64,000 nucleotides of DNA from Balanoglossus misakiensis (taxonomy: Eukaryota > Animalia > Hemichordata), in NCBI GenBank assembly GCA_040954595.2, contig CM082596.2:8693124-8757123 (forward strand), read 5' to 3'. Below, piece after piece: positions 34,701 to 49,394 of the stretch. The notes under the pieces were generated by a model. It was not told where the DNA came from and did no database searches. It saw only the letters and a program-made list of their open reading frames with translations. The stretch's first letter is position 1. Every line of letters begins with the position of its first letter. The position numbers were made by a program, and so were the translations under genes.

Positions 34701-36368
34701 AAACTTACAAAAAACACTCGCTAAATATTGAATATTTCTGATATCAGAATTGAATAAAAGTTGCACAAATACATGTATGTGTTAAGAAATTATATCCTAA
34801 ATTTCAAAGCAATCAGAGAAAAAACAAATTTCAAAGCAATCCAACAAGCAGTTTCACAAAAAATATTTGTTCAAAAATGGCAAAAACACAAATATGCTAA
34901 TATCACCAAAATTGTACAATATCTTACTTCAATCACTACAAGGAACATGCTGCCAAAGTTCAATGCAATATGACAAGCGGTTTCAGAGAAAACAATTTTT
35001 GACCAAAATTTCAAAAATTTCCCCAATAACACCTTGATGCAAATATCACATTTTTAAAAAACATATTACTTAGGTTACCCCTACGAACATGCCTACCAAA
35101 TTGCAAAGCAATCTGGCATGTGGTTTTAAAGAAAAATTTTTTTGACCAAAAATGGCAAATATTGCTCAAAATTATAAATATGCAAATTTTGCAACAATTT
35201 GAACAAAACTATGGTTACTCAGACAACCATTAGGAAGCTTCATACTAAACTTTAAAGAAGTAAGCCCATCACTTTCAGAAATGAAGACTTTTTACCAATA
35301 CCATGGAAAAATACAAAAAAAATGCATAAAAAATAGGAAATCGATAATATTAGCTCAAAACATACAGGACTGTATGAGGTTGACATAAGGTACGTGCATA
35401 CCAATTTTCAAATCAATATGACCAGTGGTTGTCGAGTTTTTGAGTTTTGACCAATTTCACATTTCCCCAGCTAATTTGCATATTTTGGCAATGACAACTT
35501 CATTTGAACAAACTCCCATCTACAGCCCTGCCTGCATCTACACACCAAATATCGAGGTCATACGCGCTGCGGGACATACAGACATTTATCCATCCATCCA
35601 TCCATCCATCCATACATACAGACACAACCGATCCCATAAGGTCCCATGGTACATACCAATGGGACCTAAAAATCAATAGCTGTTACCTCGATTTTGTAAT
35701 CATTACTATAAGTATCAATTGAATACCTCTACATACACACATATCTGACAAATCCATACTTTGGTCCAATTTCTCTCGTTAAAAAAAGTATTTTATTCGA
35801 GAATTCAGACAGAAAATAAAATATTTCCATATCTTATGACATGCATTGATCAACACATCTTGAAACATGAATATCCCTCCACGACTCGAGTGACGACCAT
35901 CAAAAATATATTTCAAATTCTCTCCATAAATATGCATTATAGGCTTAATGAAATATATAATAACTAACACATTCCCAGTCACACAAGATTCCTGGGCATT
36001 CCGTGAATTACTACAGAGGTTTTCCAGGAATATTTGCAGCGCACAATATCCTTTTTCAGAGATAGAGAAATTAATGAATTCTGTACAGCAACATACATAG
36101 TTGATTTTTTAATCATGGTCTTCATATACAGCTGTGAATTTGATTCATCAAGTCTTTCACAGAGTTGCTTCAATTTCAAGCAGACTTTACGAGAATAACG
36201 CATCTTGGAAAACCCTCTTTCGACTCTGAGGTCGAACATGACCAATCCAAAACAATGGATTTGGATCAAACCACTGTGGTGAAAGGGTTAAACTACTACT
36301 AATTGAAAAGACCAGTTACACATGATTCATAGGTGAAATTTGGCAGCTGTGATTGAAAAGAAATGTCA

Positions 36369-38971
36369 TCATGGTCTTTCATTTGAATGGATCCTCGTGT
36401 GCCTCTTCTGATGGCCACTCTGTCTAAATGTTTTCCCACATTCTTTACATGCAAATGGTCTTTCATTTGAATGGATCCTCATGTGTTTCTTTAGACCTTC
36501 TCTCCATGTAAATGCTTCCCCACATTCATTGCATTCAAATGGTCTTTCATTTGAATGGATCCTCATGTGGCTCTTCTGATGGCCACTCCGTCTAAATGTT
36601 TTCCCACATTCTTTACATGCAAATGGTCTTTCATTTGAATGGATCCTCATGTGTTCCTTTAGACTGTCTCTCCGTGTAAATGTTTTTCCACATTCATTGC
36701 ATGCAAATGGTCTTTCATTTGAATGGATCCTCATGTGTTCCTTTAGACCGTCTCTCCGTGTAAATGTTTTTCCACATTCATTGCATGCAAATGGTCTTTC
36801 ATTTGAATGGATCCTCATGTGTTTCTTCTGATCGCCACTCCATTTAAATGTTTTCCCACATTCTTTACATGCAAATGGTCTTTCATTTGAATGGGTCTTC
36901 ATGTGTTCCTTTAGACTGTCTCTCCGTGTAAATGTTTTTCCACATTCATTGCATGCAAATGGTCTTTCATTTGAATGGATCCTCATGTGTTCCTTTAGAC
37001 TGTCTCTCCGTGTAAATGTTTTTCCACATTCATTGCATGCAAATGGTCTTTCATTTGAATGGGTCTTCATGTGTTCCTTTAGACTGTCTCTCCGTGTAAA
37101 TGTTTTTCCACATTCATTGCATGCAAATGGTCTTTCATTTGAATGGATCCTCATGTGTTCCTTTAGACTGTTTCTCTGTGTAAATGTTTTTCCACATTCA
37201 TTGCATGCAAATGGTCTTTCATTTGAATGGATCCTCATGTGTTCCTTTAGACTGTTTCTCTGTGTAAATGTTTTTCCACATTCATTGCATGCAAATGGTC
37301 TTTCATTTGAATGGGTCTTCATGTGTTCCTTTAGACTGTCTCTCCGTGTAAATGTTTTCTCACATTCTTTACATGCAAATGGTCTATCATTTGAATGGAT
37401 CCTCATGTGTTCCTTTAGACTGTCTCTCCGTGTAAATGTTTTTCCACATTCATTGCATGCAAATGGTCTTTCATTTAAATGGATCCTCATGTGTGTCTTC
37501 TCATCGCCACTCCATCTAAATGTTTTTCCACATTCTTTACATGCAAATGGTCTTTCATTTGAATGGGTCTTCATGTGTTTCTTTAGACTCCCTCTCCGTC
37601 GAAATGTTTTCCCACACTCTTCAAGTACTAACCATCTTCGGCCCTGTCCACTGTTGCAATTGTGATGCAACATGTCTGATCCACCAAGTTCTTGACCATG
37701 TTCAACATGTTGACTGCTGACATCATCCAGTAGGCTCACTTGAATATGGCCAGAGTGTGCCAGAGTGTGGATTATCAGTGATACATCTGTTGGATGATAA
37801 CAAAACAGCTACTTAAATACAGGCTTCAAGCACACTTAATAAGTAACATTACTACTGATTACCAATCACGTCGTCTCAGGGTGTCAGGAGACAGATTCCC
37901 TCTTCTGAAACCCCCCCCCCCCCCCTACACACACACACACCCTTTAACGTTGCCGGCTAATGGCTGATGCCCATCTTGAGATAGGTTATACTGAAGATAA
38001 CTTAAAGGGGAAATCCGCTGTAGCTGATTTCTACATAATTTGGTAGCTTTGATGTCTCTCTTTCAGAAAAAAACATATTCGCCATGTATAGGTCGCGCGA
38101 TTTTTTACAAAATCTAGGGAAAATTGGCAGAATTTCCAATATGGCGTTTACTGTAATTTGAATCATGGGAAAAAAAGCGCCAGGAGCAACTTCCGCCCAC
38201 CTTGGTGTGGGTGATACCATTTTCCGATTGGTGTCACTGTGTCACAAGCTAAGCGTATTTGCATATTTTTCATGGGTTATAGCTCATGAAAACTGTCAAT
38301 AGATGACAAATTTTCGACTTTGCTGATGATTGTTTATCAACTGATGCAAAGAACAAACAATAGCTATGAAAATACGCCTAGTCTGTCGCCCAGTGACACC
38401 AATCGGAGAATGGTATCACCCACACCATGGTGGGCGGAAGTTGCTCCTGGCGCTTTTTTTCCCATGATTCAAATTACAGTAAACGCCATATTGGAAATTC
38501 TGCCAACTTTCCCTAGATTTTGTAAAAAATCGGGCGACCTATACATGGCGAATATGTTTTTTTCTGAAAGAGAGACATCAAAGCTACCAAATTATGTAGA
38601 AATCAGCTACAGCGGATTTCCCCTTTAAGCAATCATGTATGAGCAGACTGATTATTTGTTGATGTACTGAACTATTGGCAAAGAATGATCACAACAATGG
38701 TGTGATTGACTTCAAGGGAACACCCCCTTTCAATTTGTATACATCATCTTTCTCCAAAGGGAAAGCTTTGTTCATGCTGTCTTTTGTTTCAAGAGACAAG
38801 AAACAGCAGGACTAGTAATATGTAACAAAAGAGATTATGCTTGCTTACCATCAAAGGATTCAGCACCCTCTTCAAATCGATGTGTTACTTTACTATGTGA
38901 TGATTCCAACAGTCTGCCAAGTTCATGTAACTTATTTGAATGTCTGTACTGTGTGCACACTTCAGAACATT
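36369..38971 (-). CDS. C2H2 zinc-finger gene copy 3 (type B, 15 finger units)
   Basis: Exons 38971-38849 and 37786-36369; 456-aa ORF in the track. Confidence 0.8.
38006..38624. mobile_element. Kolobok-like MITE
   Basis: TTAA TSD, purine termini AGGGGAAATCC, ~230-bp TIRs. Empty sites in the other units (ATAACTTAAGC). Confidence 0.85.
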
Positions 38972-39701
38972 CTGGAAAAGTAAGGCATGAGTATTAAGTT
39001 ACATAAGGTGACAGTCTATATTTTCTTTGTGCATGACCATTCCCAATAAACAACTATGAATAATGCAAACATTACATTAATCCAAAACCCCTGACTTGCT
39101 GCACCAGGGTTTACGTTAAAATTTAGAGTATACCGCGGGTAGTTACCATATACATGTAGTTTATACATTGTTGTTGAGGTGGTTGATTTCTTTAAAAATT
39201 ACACAATTTACAACACCCCTGCAAGTATGTGGACAGCAAAACTAGATTGCGTCACCAGTCACAGTGGATTAGAGGGTGAGCAGTGAAAAAAAAAACATGA
39301 ACCATGATGGTTTGAGGTGGCGTCTGGAGGGAAACTAGACTCTCTCACAGCCCCTCTCGTCGTCCATGCAGGCTTATGGACTGATTGCATGTGTGCCAAC
39401 ACCAACACCGCGTCAGTGAAGAGCCTTGCAGCGAACCGTGGGCTGTGAGAGAGTCTAGAGGGAAACATGCTGGTCATCATTCAGAATCTTTAAATTCTGA
39501 CTGGCCAAACCCCACACATATCTGTTGCATATGTTTTTAAAACTCTAAAGCCATTTTTTCAAGCTGGTTAAAAAAAACAACTGAAGACTTTATGAGGATA
39601 TTCCCTGTGGAAAAGCGCATATACTTGGATCTTTTCGATGCTTGGTGCATGTGGGATTGGGGCAGGGAACCAGACTACTACTGTCTATCACTTGACTGCA
39701 A

Positions 39702-40806
39702 CATAGACCCTAGAGAAAGAAGGACGCGCAACTCCAGGTTTTTCTTGAAACGATGTTCTTTTGCATACATTATTTTCGGATAATCCCCAATAATCCAATT
39801 TGCAAATAAACTATGTATAAACTAACGCAAAGTCTCGCGTTTTGCGAGAAAAGACGAGAAAACTGCAACGTGGTTGAACTGCAGCGATCATTTATGGAAC
39901 ACATCTGGACAAGTTAAACACGAATTTGGCACTTCTGAGTCTGACAGCATCCAAAACAAGCATCTTTTGTCTAACAGTCCCGGTATTTGACAAGGCTGTG
40001 AGCTAACCGTACCTAGGGTTTCCTGTCGTCGTCAACCACGAAAAACCAAGATGGCGGCCATAGCGCACACGTGAAAATCCACAAAGTTTGTTTACAAATT
40101 GTTTTCGTGAAATCTGTTTCATTGTTCACGCACTGCGAAATAAAATGCCCCTAAACCACAATTTTTGTTTCAATGCTTCACGCAAACATAAAATTATTAC
40201 GAAAAGTGTCAGCATTACCAAGAAGTATGAGTGCCCAGTCGGACATGCAAAAAACATGGATGATTTGTTTACAATTTTTAAATGAAGCCTGTGGCACTAG
40301 AAATGACCGTTCAACCGACAGACGAACACCAAACCATTATAAATAATACAGAAAACGTAATACTTTTTGAATTTTATAAAAAAACGCAGTGGCTGCTGAA
40401 ATATAGGAGTGCCAGTTTTGGTTACTGTCGCGCATCACAGAGTTGCGTTTAGTTTTTTGGTGATATGTTAGTGATATGCTAATGACATCGACGCGTGCCA
40501 AAGTGGAGATTCACACCTGCCACCGTCCTAGGTGTTAAAGGTATACGGTCACCTCCAATTTACATATCGCCATATTTAGTTGAAATGGCGTATTTGAGTG
40601 TTCTAAAGAACGCTTTATTTTCGCGTGTGCCACCCACTGAAAATCTGTGATTGGTTAGATCTCAATTTACCATAGTAACAGTGGCTAAATTTGTATAGGT
40701 GACCGTATACCTTTAATTATATGCAAAAGAACATCATCATACTGATAATCACCAAACCCTTTGATCTTTGCCGCAGTTGCGCGTCCTTCTTTCTCTAGGG
40801 TCTATG
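39702..40806. mobile_element. P-element-like non-autonomous element with a nested 174-bp TTAA MITE (40539-40712)
   Basis: TIRs CATAGACCCTAGAGAAAGAAGGACGCGCAACT; 7-bp TSD ACTGCAA; empty site at ~48484. The nested AGGTATACGGTCACCT element is flanked by TTAA, with an older relative at 57780-57935. Confidence 0.8.
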
Positions 40807-43800
40807 ACTGCAAGCAGTAACAAGCTTTGATTTTTGGGAGTAGGTGATTCACACTTTAAAACAAAGCCTAGGCTATCGACTAGCATCCAACTTTGTTTCA
40901 ATGTATTTGTATGACATCATTGTTCAAAATTCGAAGAAAAAGCTCAGCACACAACATATTTTTCTTCGAATTTTCATCTCGCCCACCAGATTATAGCCCT
41001 GTTCGTGACGTCACACCGCGCGCGGACAAGAATACGTCTGAATGTTTGACAGACTCGAATTATCAAACTCAAGAGTAACATATGCAATGATGGACACATA
41101 CCAGCTCTTGTCAAGTGGTTGCAAATTAGGGATGATCTTGGTGTGGCATCCATTTGGTTTCCACTTTTCGACAACGCACTCTGGAACGTGTTGACTTCCT
41201 CCATTTTACTCTTGAAATGTTTCGAGTACTGAAGTTAGTGTCGGTTTCGGATTCGGATTCAGTTTCGGATTCGGGTTCGAGAGACTGAAAGTTACAGCAT
41301 TTTCGGGCGACCATCGCGGTTTGGCATCTGCAGTACAAGTATGAAAATAACTCTGTAAAAAATATGGATATATTTGATCAAACTCTCTCGACACGTTATG
41401 TATGATAATTATGGCACCAAAACACTGTTTTTTTACATCGGAAATTGTTAAATACATATTTTATCATCGAAAAACATACTTCGATGATAAAAAGATAATA
41501 TTTTGTAATTTTCGGCTTGAATAAATATTGTTTGGGTGAGAAAAATGTCATACATAACAAGTATCAGCGGTGGGATTGGGGCAGGGAACCACTAAGACTA
41601 GTATCATTCAACTCGACGATACTGAAATAAGCCTCGGATTCGGTTCCAGTTTCGGATTCGGAATCGGTTTCGAGAGACTGAAAATTTCGAGGGCATCTGC
41701 GTACGAGTATGAAAATTACTTTGCTAAAACACCAATAAATTTGATTTGTGTGTGAGTCTATCTAAAACACACTGGGTATGGTGACCAGGCTACACCTTGG
41801 CACATACACCGAGAACAGCCAAGACAGAGAAAAGAACAGCAAAAAAGATCACCAAAGCTAAAAACAGCGCCTAAACTCTATGTCTGATTTTAATCTGATT
41901 GCCGTCGACCCTGAGTGAACGCCAGCAGTGCCATGATACGCTGACAATAACATGAATTCAATCACACATTTTGTTGTACAGTTTTTTTCAGTTAGAAAAG
42001 GATGGGTAACATTGTCAATATAATCTTACAGGCCATTCCCTTTACCTCCAGTATACCTAATTATGGAAATCGAGAAAAAAACTATTCAAATTCCTTAGCA
42101 CCTTCAAAGTTCCATGAGGCAACTAAAATCGGTCAACTGTTTAGATTTACATAAACACTTTATCATTTACATGTTCTGTAATTTGATGTTATATGCTTTG
42201 GATTATGAAATTGATATTCAAGAGGAATACTTTGAATCAATGCCAGGGTTTTGGCCAAGTGGTTGGGTGCCATTTTCCTTGTAGTGTGATTATGTTTAAA
42301 GTCCACAGCAATGCAAAAACATAGGGCCAGGGGCACCAAGGTCCTATATGGATGGTGCTGCAAAGAAATATAGTCTTCTACCGAATAATCTACAAGTTTA
42401 TTTCTATGGCTAAAGACCATCTTCCATGAAATACATGAAGAGAGACCTGAATGGTCGACATTAGCAATCCTGAGGCTGTTGTATAAGGATCAAACTACTT
42501 TTTCAAAAAATTATAATAACTTATACATACAAAATGAAATTCCAACACAATAAAGTGTGGCAACACAATTTATTAAAATTGAATAAACAGAAACAAGTCT
42601 TTCCAATTTTCAAGCGGGGGAATAATCTTACACTAGCTGCATGTCAAGTTGGCGGTGACAAAAATGCGATTTCAACATGAAAACAAACTGAGAATCTTCA
42701 AACGGATAATACAGGTATTCTCAGTAATATCGTATTGATAGAGTTCATATACCACAATATTTACACTGATCTGATGACAGTAAATATAAATAGCAGCTGC
42801 TGTACAAAAGTGGTCTTTTTCTTTGATATTTCAAAATGACTGACATGAAGTGCGCCCTCATATGATGGCTACGCATGACTGATAACATTCATTGGAAAAT
42901 ACTTCAGAAACTACATTTGCATTGATATGTCACACTCTGCAGAAAGATAACAAAATCAATGCTAACTTCTAGCAAATACAAACTGTACCATAAATTAATC
43001 TGTCCAATAGGGAAAAAATTGACGTTTTCACAGCCACTAGATTTGCATGTCAAAAAGTTACAGGCTCTCTCCCTCACAAAAAATGGTCAATCCCTTCTCT
43101 TACAACCCCCCCCCCCCCCACCCTGTATTCTCAACAATTCAACAATCCCCTGACGCCCACTCTAACCCTGGTCAGATAAACTTCACACCTCTCATGGCAA
43201 TAATATATTGTGCGTATCATTTTCTTGGTCAAAAGGAAAATATGAAACCCTACCCTCCCATCCCATCCAAACCAAACCCCGCGCAACCAATCCATAAATA
43301 TGTGTCTCTATGTATTTGTTTCAAATGTGCTCTCAACACAAAAATACAAAAGCAAACAAGACGATAGTCACAGAGAAAAATAGCGTCAAGGACACTGTGG
43401 TCCCATTTGAGGATTATGCCGAAACAGTGACACACCAGAATAAAAATTACAGGTGACATTGCAAGCAGATATGATCTCACCATATAGAAATATGGAATGT
43501 GAAAAAATTAACAAGGAACATGCCCAATAAACTGTCATGTGTCATGGCAGTCTTACAAGTGGTGCTAGAAAAAAAATGACCAAAAATTGTCTGTACAAAC
43601 ACATATGAGGAGCAACTTCTTTCAGTCAGCCCTGGAACAGACACACAGACAGACAGACACACACACACACTGACCTGCCACTGGTTATTATAAATTTAAT
43701 AGCTGGTGGTCTCTGTAACAGCTGGCCTATTACAGTTATGTAAACATATCTTAGTTCGGGGTAACAACTCCTTGTAAACAGTAACTTTAAAAACAACTGG

Positions 43801-44351
43801 ACAATTGGTTTAGGAGAAGATTTGCCCACTATCCTTAATAATCTGTGGGTGGTCACTTCACAGGCCGACGATCGTCTTATGTGCAATACATGTTCTGCAA
43901 ATTTGGCGTTCGACACATTCAAATAGTGGACTGCCTTCATGTCCTTCCATAATTCTTGTGCATCGTATAAGAAGACTTTTAGTTTTGTGCCTTCTTTTCA
44001 CAAAATTTGCTGTCTTTTCCCGATCTCTGACACAGACTATGGTCACCACCATCTTGTCTGTTGCTAGGACAACACACTGCCTTATGGCATTGACTGTATA
44101 CAATTTTTGTAACCAGAGTCTCTGGTTAGGCACATGCCCATAAGACGATCCTTGCCCTTTAAACCTTTCACCCGCAGTTCCCTCTTAAGAGGTCGGTCCA
44201 ACTTTACTACAGAAAACAATGGGTCTGGACTAAACCATGGTGGTGTAAAAGGGTTAATGACATGTCTCAGATACTGTACATCATCTTCCATCAATATGAA
44301 TGAAAATTATTTCAGGCAAGACCGACTAGCTACTAGTATATAGACAAGCTA

Positions 44352-44471
<120 letters not shown>

Positions 44472-44824
44472 CTAACTGCCACTCCATTTAAATGTTTTCT
44501 CCACATTCATTGCATGCAAATGGTCTCTCATTTGAATGGATCCTCATGTGGCTCTTCTGATGGCCACTCCATCTAAATGTTTTCCCACATTCTTTACATG
44601 CAAATGGTCTTTCATTCGAATGGATCCTCATGTGTTCCTTTAGACTGTCTCTCCGTGTAAATGTTTTTCCACATTCATTGCATGCAAATGGTCTTTCATT
44701 TAAATGGATCCTCATGTGTCTCTTCTTAGTGCCACTCTTTGTAAATGTTTTTCCACATTCATTGCATGCAAATGGTCTTTCATTTGAATGGATCCTCATG
44801 TGTTTCTTCTGATCCCCACTCCAT

Positions 44825-46782
44825 TTAAATGTTTTTTCCACATTCTTTACATGCAAATGGTCTTTCATTTGAATGGGTCTTCATGTGTTCCTTTAGACTC
44901 CCCCTCCGTCTAAATGTTTTCCCACATTCATTGCATTCAAATGGTCTTTCATTAGAATGGATCCTCATGTGGCTCTTCTGATGGCCACTCCGTCTAAATG
45001 TTTTCCCACATTCTTTACATGCAAATGGTCTCTTATTTGAATGGGTCTTCATGTGTTTCTTTAGACTCCCTCTCCGTCTAAATGTTTCCCCACATTCTTT
45101 ACATGTAAATGGTCTTTCATTTGAATGGATCCTCATGTGTTTCTTTAGACTGTCTCTCCATGTAAATGTTTTTCCACATTCATTGCATGCAAATGGTCTT
45201 TCATTTGAATGGATCCTCATGTGGCTCTTCTTAGTGCCACTCCGTCTAAATGTTTTCCCACATTCTTTACATGCAAATGGTCTTTCATTTGAATGGATCC
45301 TCATGTGTTTCTTTAGACTCCCTCTCTGTTTAAATGTTTCCCAACATTCATTGCATTCAAATGGTCTTTCATTTGAATGGATCCTCATGTGGCTCTTCTG
45401 ATGGCCACTCCGTCTAAATGTTTTCCCACATTCTTTACATGCAAATGGTCTTTCATTTGAATGGATCCTCATGTGTTCCTTTAGACTCTCTCTCCGTGTA
45501 AATGTTTTTCCACATTCATTGCATGCAAATGGTCTTTCATTTGAATGGATCCTCATGTGTCTCTTCCTAGTGCCACTCTTTGTAAACGTTTTTCCACATT
45601 CTTTGCATGCAAATGGTCTTTCATTTGAATGGATCTTCATGTGTTTCTTCTGATCGCCACTCCATTTAAATGTTTTCCCACATTCTTTACATGCAAATGG
45701 TCTTTCATTTGAATGGGTCTTCATGTGTTCCTTTAGACTCCCTCTCCGTCTAAATGTTTTCCCACATTCATTGCATTCAAATGGTCTTTCATTTGAATGG
45801 ATCCTCATGTGGCTCTTCTGATGGCCACTCCGTCTAAATGTTTTCCCACATTCTTTACATTCAAATGGTCTTTCATTAGAATGGATCCTCATGTGTGTCT
45901 TCTGATGGCCCCTCTGTGTAAATGTTTTCCCACATTCATTGCATGCAAATGGTCTTCCATTTGAATGGATCTTCATGGGTTTCTTCCGACTGCCTAATGT
46001 GTGGTTTCCTATGTGGCTGCATGACTGTGCCTTAAACTCATCACTTGTTTTGCCGGCATGATCACCACACTCTTCAAGTACTAACCATCTTCGGCCCTGT
46101 CCACTGTTGCAATCGTGATGCAACATGTCTGATCCACCAAGTTCTTGACCATGTTCAACATGTTGACTGCTGACATCATCCAGTAGGCTCACTTGAATAT
46201 GGCCAGAGTGTGCCAGAGTCTGGATTATCAGTGATACATCTGTTGGATGATAACAAAACAGCTACTTAAATACAGGCTTCAAGCACACTTAATAAGTAAC
46301 ATTACTACTGATTACCAATCACATCGTCTCAGGGTGTCAGGAGACAGATTCCCTCTTCTGAACCCCCCCCCCCCCCCCCCCACACCCTTTAACATTGCCG
46401 GCTAATGGCTGATGCCCATCTTGAGATAGGTTATACTGCAGATAACTTAAGCAATCATGTATGAGCAGACTGATTATTTGTTGATGTACTGAACTATTGG
46501 CAAAGAATGATCACAACAATGGTGTGATTGACTTCAAGGGAACACCCACTTTCAATTTGTATACATCATCTTTCTCCAAAGGGAAAGCTTTGTTTTGTTT
46601 CAAGAGACAAGAAACAGCAGGACTAGTAATATGTAACAAAAGAGATTATGCTTGCTTACCATCAAAGGATTCAGCACCCTCTTCAAATCGATGTGTTACT
46701 TTACTATGTGATGATTCCAACAGTCTGCCAAGTTCATGTAACTTATTTGAATGTCTGTACTGTGTGCACACTTCAGAACATT
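44825..46782 (-). CDS. C2H2 zinc-finger gene copy 4 (type A, 13 fingers in frame, 4 more after a frameshift)
   Basis: Exons 46782-46660 and 46239-44825. A +1 frameshift at ~44833 is followed by fingers in another frame to 44488. Confidence 0.8.
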
Positions 46783-47130
46783 CTGGAAAAGTAAGGCATG
46801 AGTATTAAGTTACATAAGGTGACAGTCTATATTTTCTTTGTGCATGACCATTCCCAATAAACAACTATGAATAATGCAAACATTACATTAATCCAAAACC
46901 CCTGACTTGCTGCACCAGGGTTTACGTTAAAATTTAGAGTATACCGCGGGTAGTTACCATATACATGTAGTTTATACATTGTTGTTGTGGTGGTTAATTT
47001 CTTTAAAAATTACACGATTTACAACACCCCTGCAAGTATGTGGACAGCAAAACTAGACTGTGTCACCAGTCACAGTGGATTAGAGGGTGAGCAGTGAAAA
47101 AAAAGCATGAACCATGCATGATGGTTTGAG

Positions 47131-48098
47131 CACAGACAAAGAGAAAAAACAGACTAGCAACGCGGCATGTCCCTTTGATGTTATGTGCGCCTCGATAAAC
47201 AACGGCTGAGATAAGCTTCAAATGTGTCAGACTCCGCGGAGACCAGGGTTGGTCTCGCGTATGCGTCATTATTGTACGATATTATGCGACAATTGTGGCG
47301 AGATTTCCCAGAATACTTTGCGGTAGCGTCATTTTATCGACAGCAACCTACAGCGTCAACCTATGGCTTCCAACAACGCGAACGATGACATAATATCATA
47401 AGAAACCCTTGTTGTCTTAGAATAGCCGGCGGTAATTTCTTACAGTTTTCATGCTCCAAACGGCAAACTGCAAGTCTGTTAAGTGCAAATGCTATACAAC
47501 GACCCAATGGAAACTATCACCGACATTAAACACAGTAACAACACATCGCATTTTCCTTGACATCCAATTTGACAGATCGTACCATGACCTTGCTTGGCAC
47601 TGCTTTACACTAAGGACACGACTGAACACTACTTCACGACAACTATATTTACACGTTAGAAGTATTATTTACGCTAACAACCTCGCAGATTTACAAAGGA
47701 CAATATTCGGCGAACCGGAATCCATTCCAAAATATTCGTGATTGATGATCAAACCTTTTGAAATTTGCGATCAAACATACTAATTATATATTCATAAATT
47801 TTTCGTACAAACTATTAAAATGGTCAAACTCATCTCTCCGATACTCAAACTTCCTCAAATTTCGCTGTCCACTCGGCTTCCGTCCCAGCTGACTGACAAC
47901 AACAACACGAACTTTCACGAAAACACTTTCGTTTTATAATCGGGAAAATTCCGGACATTGCCGAAGTGGATACGTTCGGAAATCTTCGGAGACAAGCTGC
48001 ACCTTGAAGGCGAGCTGAGACATGCATAGGGGGATTAGGAGGTGTACTTCACACCTTTTGACAATAGCGTTGCTAGTCTGTTTTTCTCTTTGTCTGTG
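47131..48098. mobile_element. P-element-like non-autonomous element
   Basis: TIRs CACAGACAAAGAGAAAAAACAGACTAGCAACGC; 7-bp TSD GTTTGAG; absent from the other units. Confidence 0.8.
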
Positions 48099-48667
48099 GT
48101 TTGAGGTGGCGTCTGGAGGGAAACTAGACTCTCTCACAGCCCCTCTCGTCGTCCATGCAGGCTTATGGACTGATTGCATGTGTGCCAACACCAACACCGC
48201 GTCAGTGAAGAGCCTTGCAGCAGACCGTGGGCTGTGAGAGAGTCTAGAGGGAAACATGCTGGTCATCATTCAGAATCTTTAAATTCTGGCTGGCCAAACC
48301 CCACACTTATCTGTTGCATATGTTTTTAAAACTCTAAAGCCATTTTTTCAAGCTGGTTAAAAAAAACAACTGAAGACTTTATGAGGATATTCCCAGTGGA
48401 AAAGCGCATATACTTGGATCTTTTCGATGCTTGGTGCATGTGGGATTGGGGCAGGGAACCAGACTACTACTGTCTATCACTTGACTGCAAGCAGTATATA
48501 ACAAGCTTTGATTTTTGGGAGTAGGTGATTCACACTTTAAAACAAAGCCTAGGCTATCGACTAGCATCCAACTTTGTTTCAATGTATTTGTATGACATTA
48601 TTGTTCAAAATTCGAAGAAAAAGCTCAGCATACAACATATTTTTCTTTGAATTTTCATCTCGCCCAC

Positions 48668-49394
48668 TAGCTCTGCGTACAGGTCTGTGTGTTCCCGGCG
48701 TTACACGGCCTCCACCACAGCCCTGCAAGGCGCCATAGAAAAAACTGGTGCTTCTGCGGTCCGGATCTGGACCGCAGCTTTTTCGGCCGAAATTCGATTT
48801 TATCGAAGCAAAATCCTTTCCCTGTCTACTTCTGCCTCCTAACCGACTCCAAATATGATGCGACTAACTTGTCCTAACGTCCGAACCACTCGCGTTTGAT
48901 TTATTTTGTGTGTTTACATGTTGAGATCGCCATATTAAATATAAGGCTTACAGCGAGTTTATCTCCATGAGTAAACATAAAAGTTTTAGAAAGCGAGCGG
49001 TTCGGACGTTAGGACAAGTTAATCGCATCATATTTGGAGTCGGTTAGGAGGCAGAAGTAGACAGGGAAAGGATTTTGCTTCGATAAAATCGAATTTCGGC
49101 CGAAAAAGCTGTAAGCCTTATATTTAATATGGCGATCTCAACATGTAAACACACAAAATAAATCAAACGCGAGTGGTTCGGACGTTAGGACAAGTTAGTC
49201 GCATCATATTTGGAGTCGGTTAGGAGGCAGAAGTAGACAGGGAAAGGATTTTGCTTCGATAAAATCGAATTTCGGCCGAAAAAGCTGCGGTCCAGATCCG
49301 GACCGCAGAAGCACCAGTTTTTTCTATGGCGCCTTGCAGGGCTGTGGTGGAGGCCGTGTAACGCCGGGAACACACAGACCTGTACGCAGAGCTA
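48668..49394. mobile_element. TAG..CTA fold-back element with 9-bp TSD (AcademH-like)
   Basis: ~287-bp TIRs; TSD CTCGCCCAC (48659-48667 / 49395-49403); internal ~110-bp extra copy of TIR sequence at ~48998-49110. Confidence 0.85.

Noticed and set aside
38002-38628. Mirror-image ORF pairs (also 17238/25313 and 48689/49185)
   Set aside because: By-products of long TIRs; no protein motifs.
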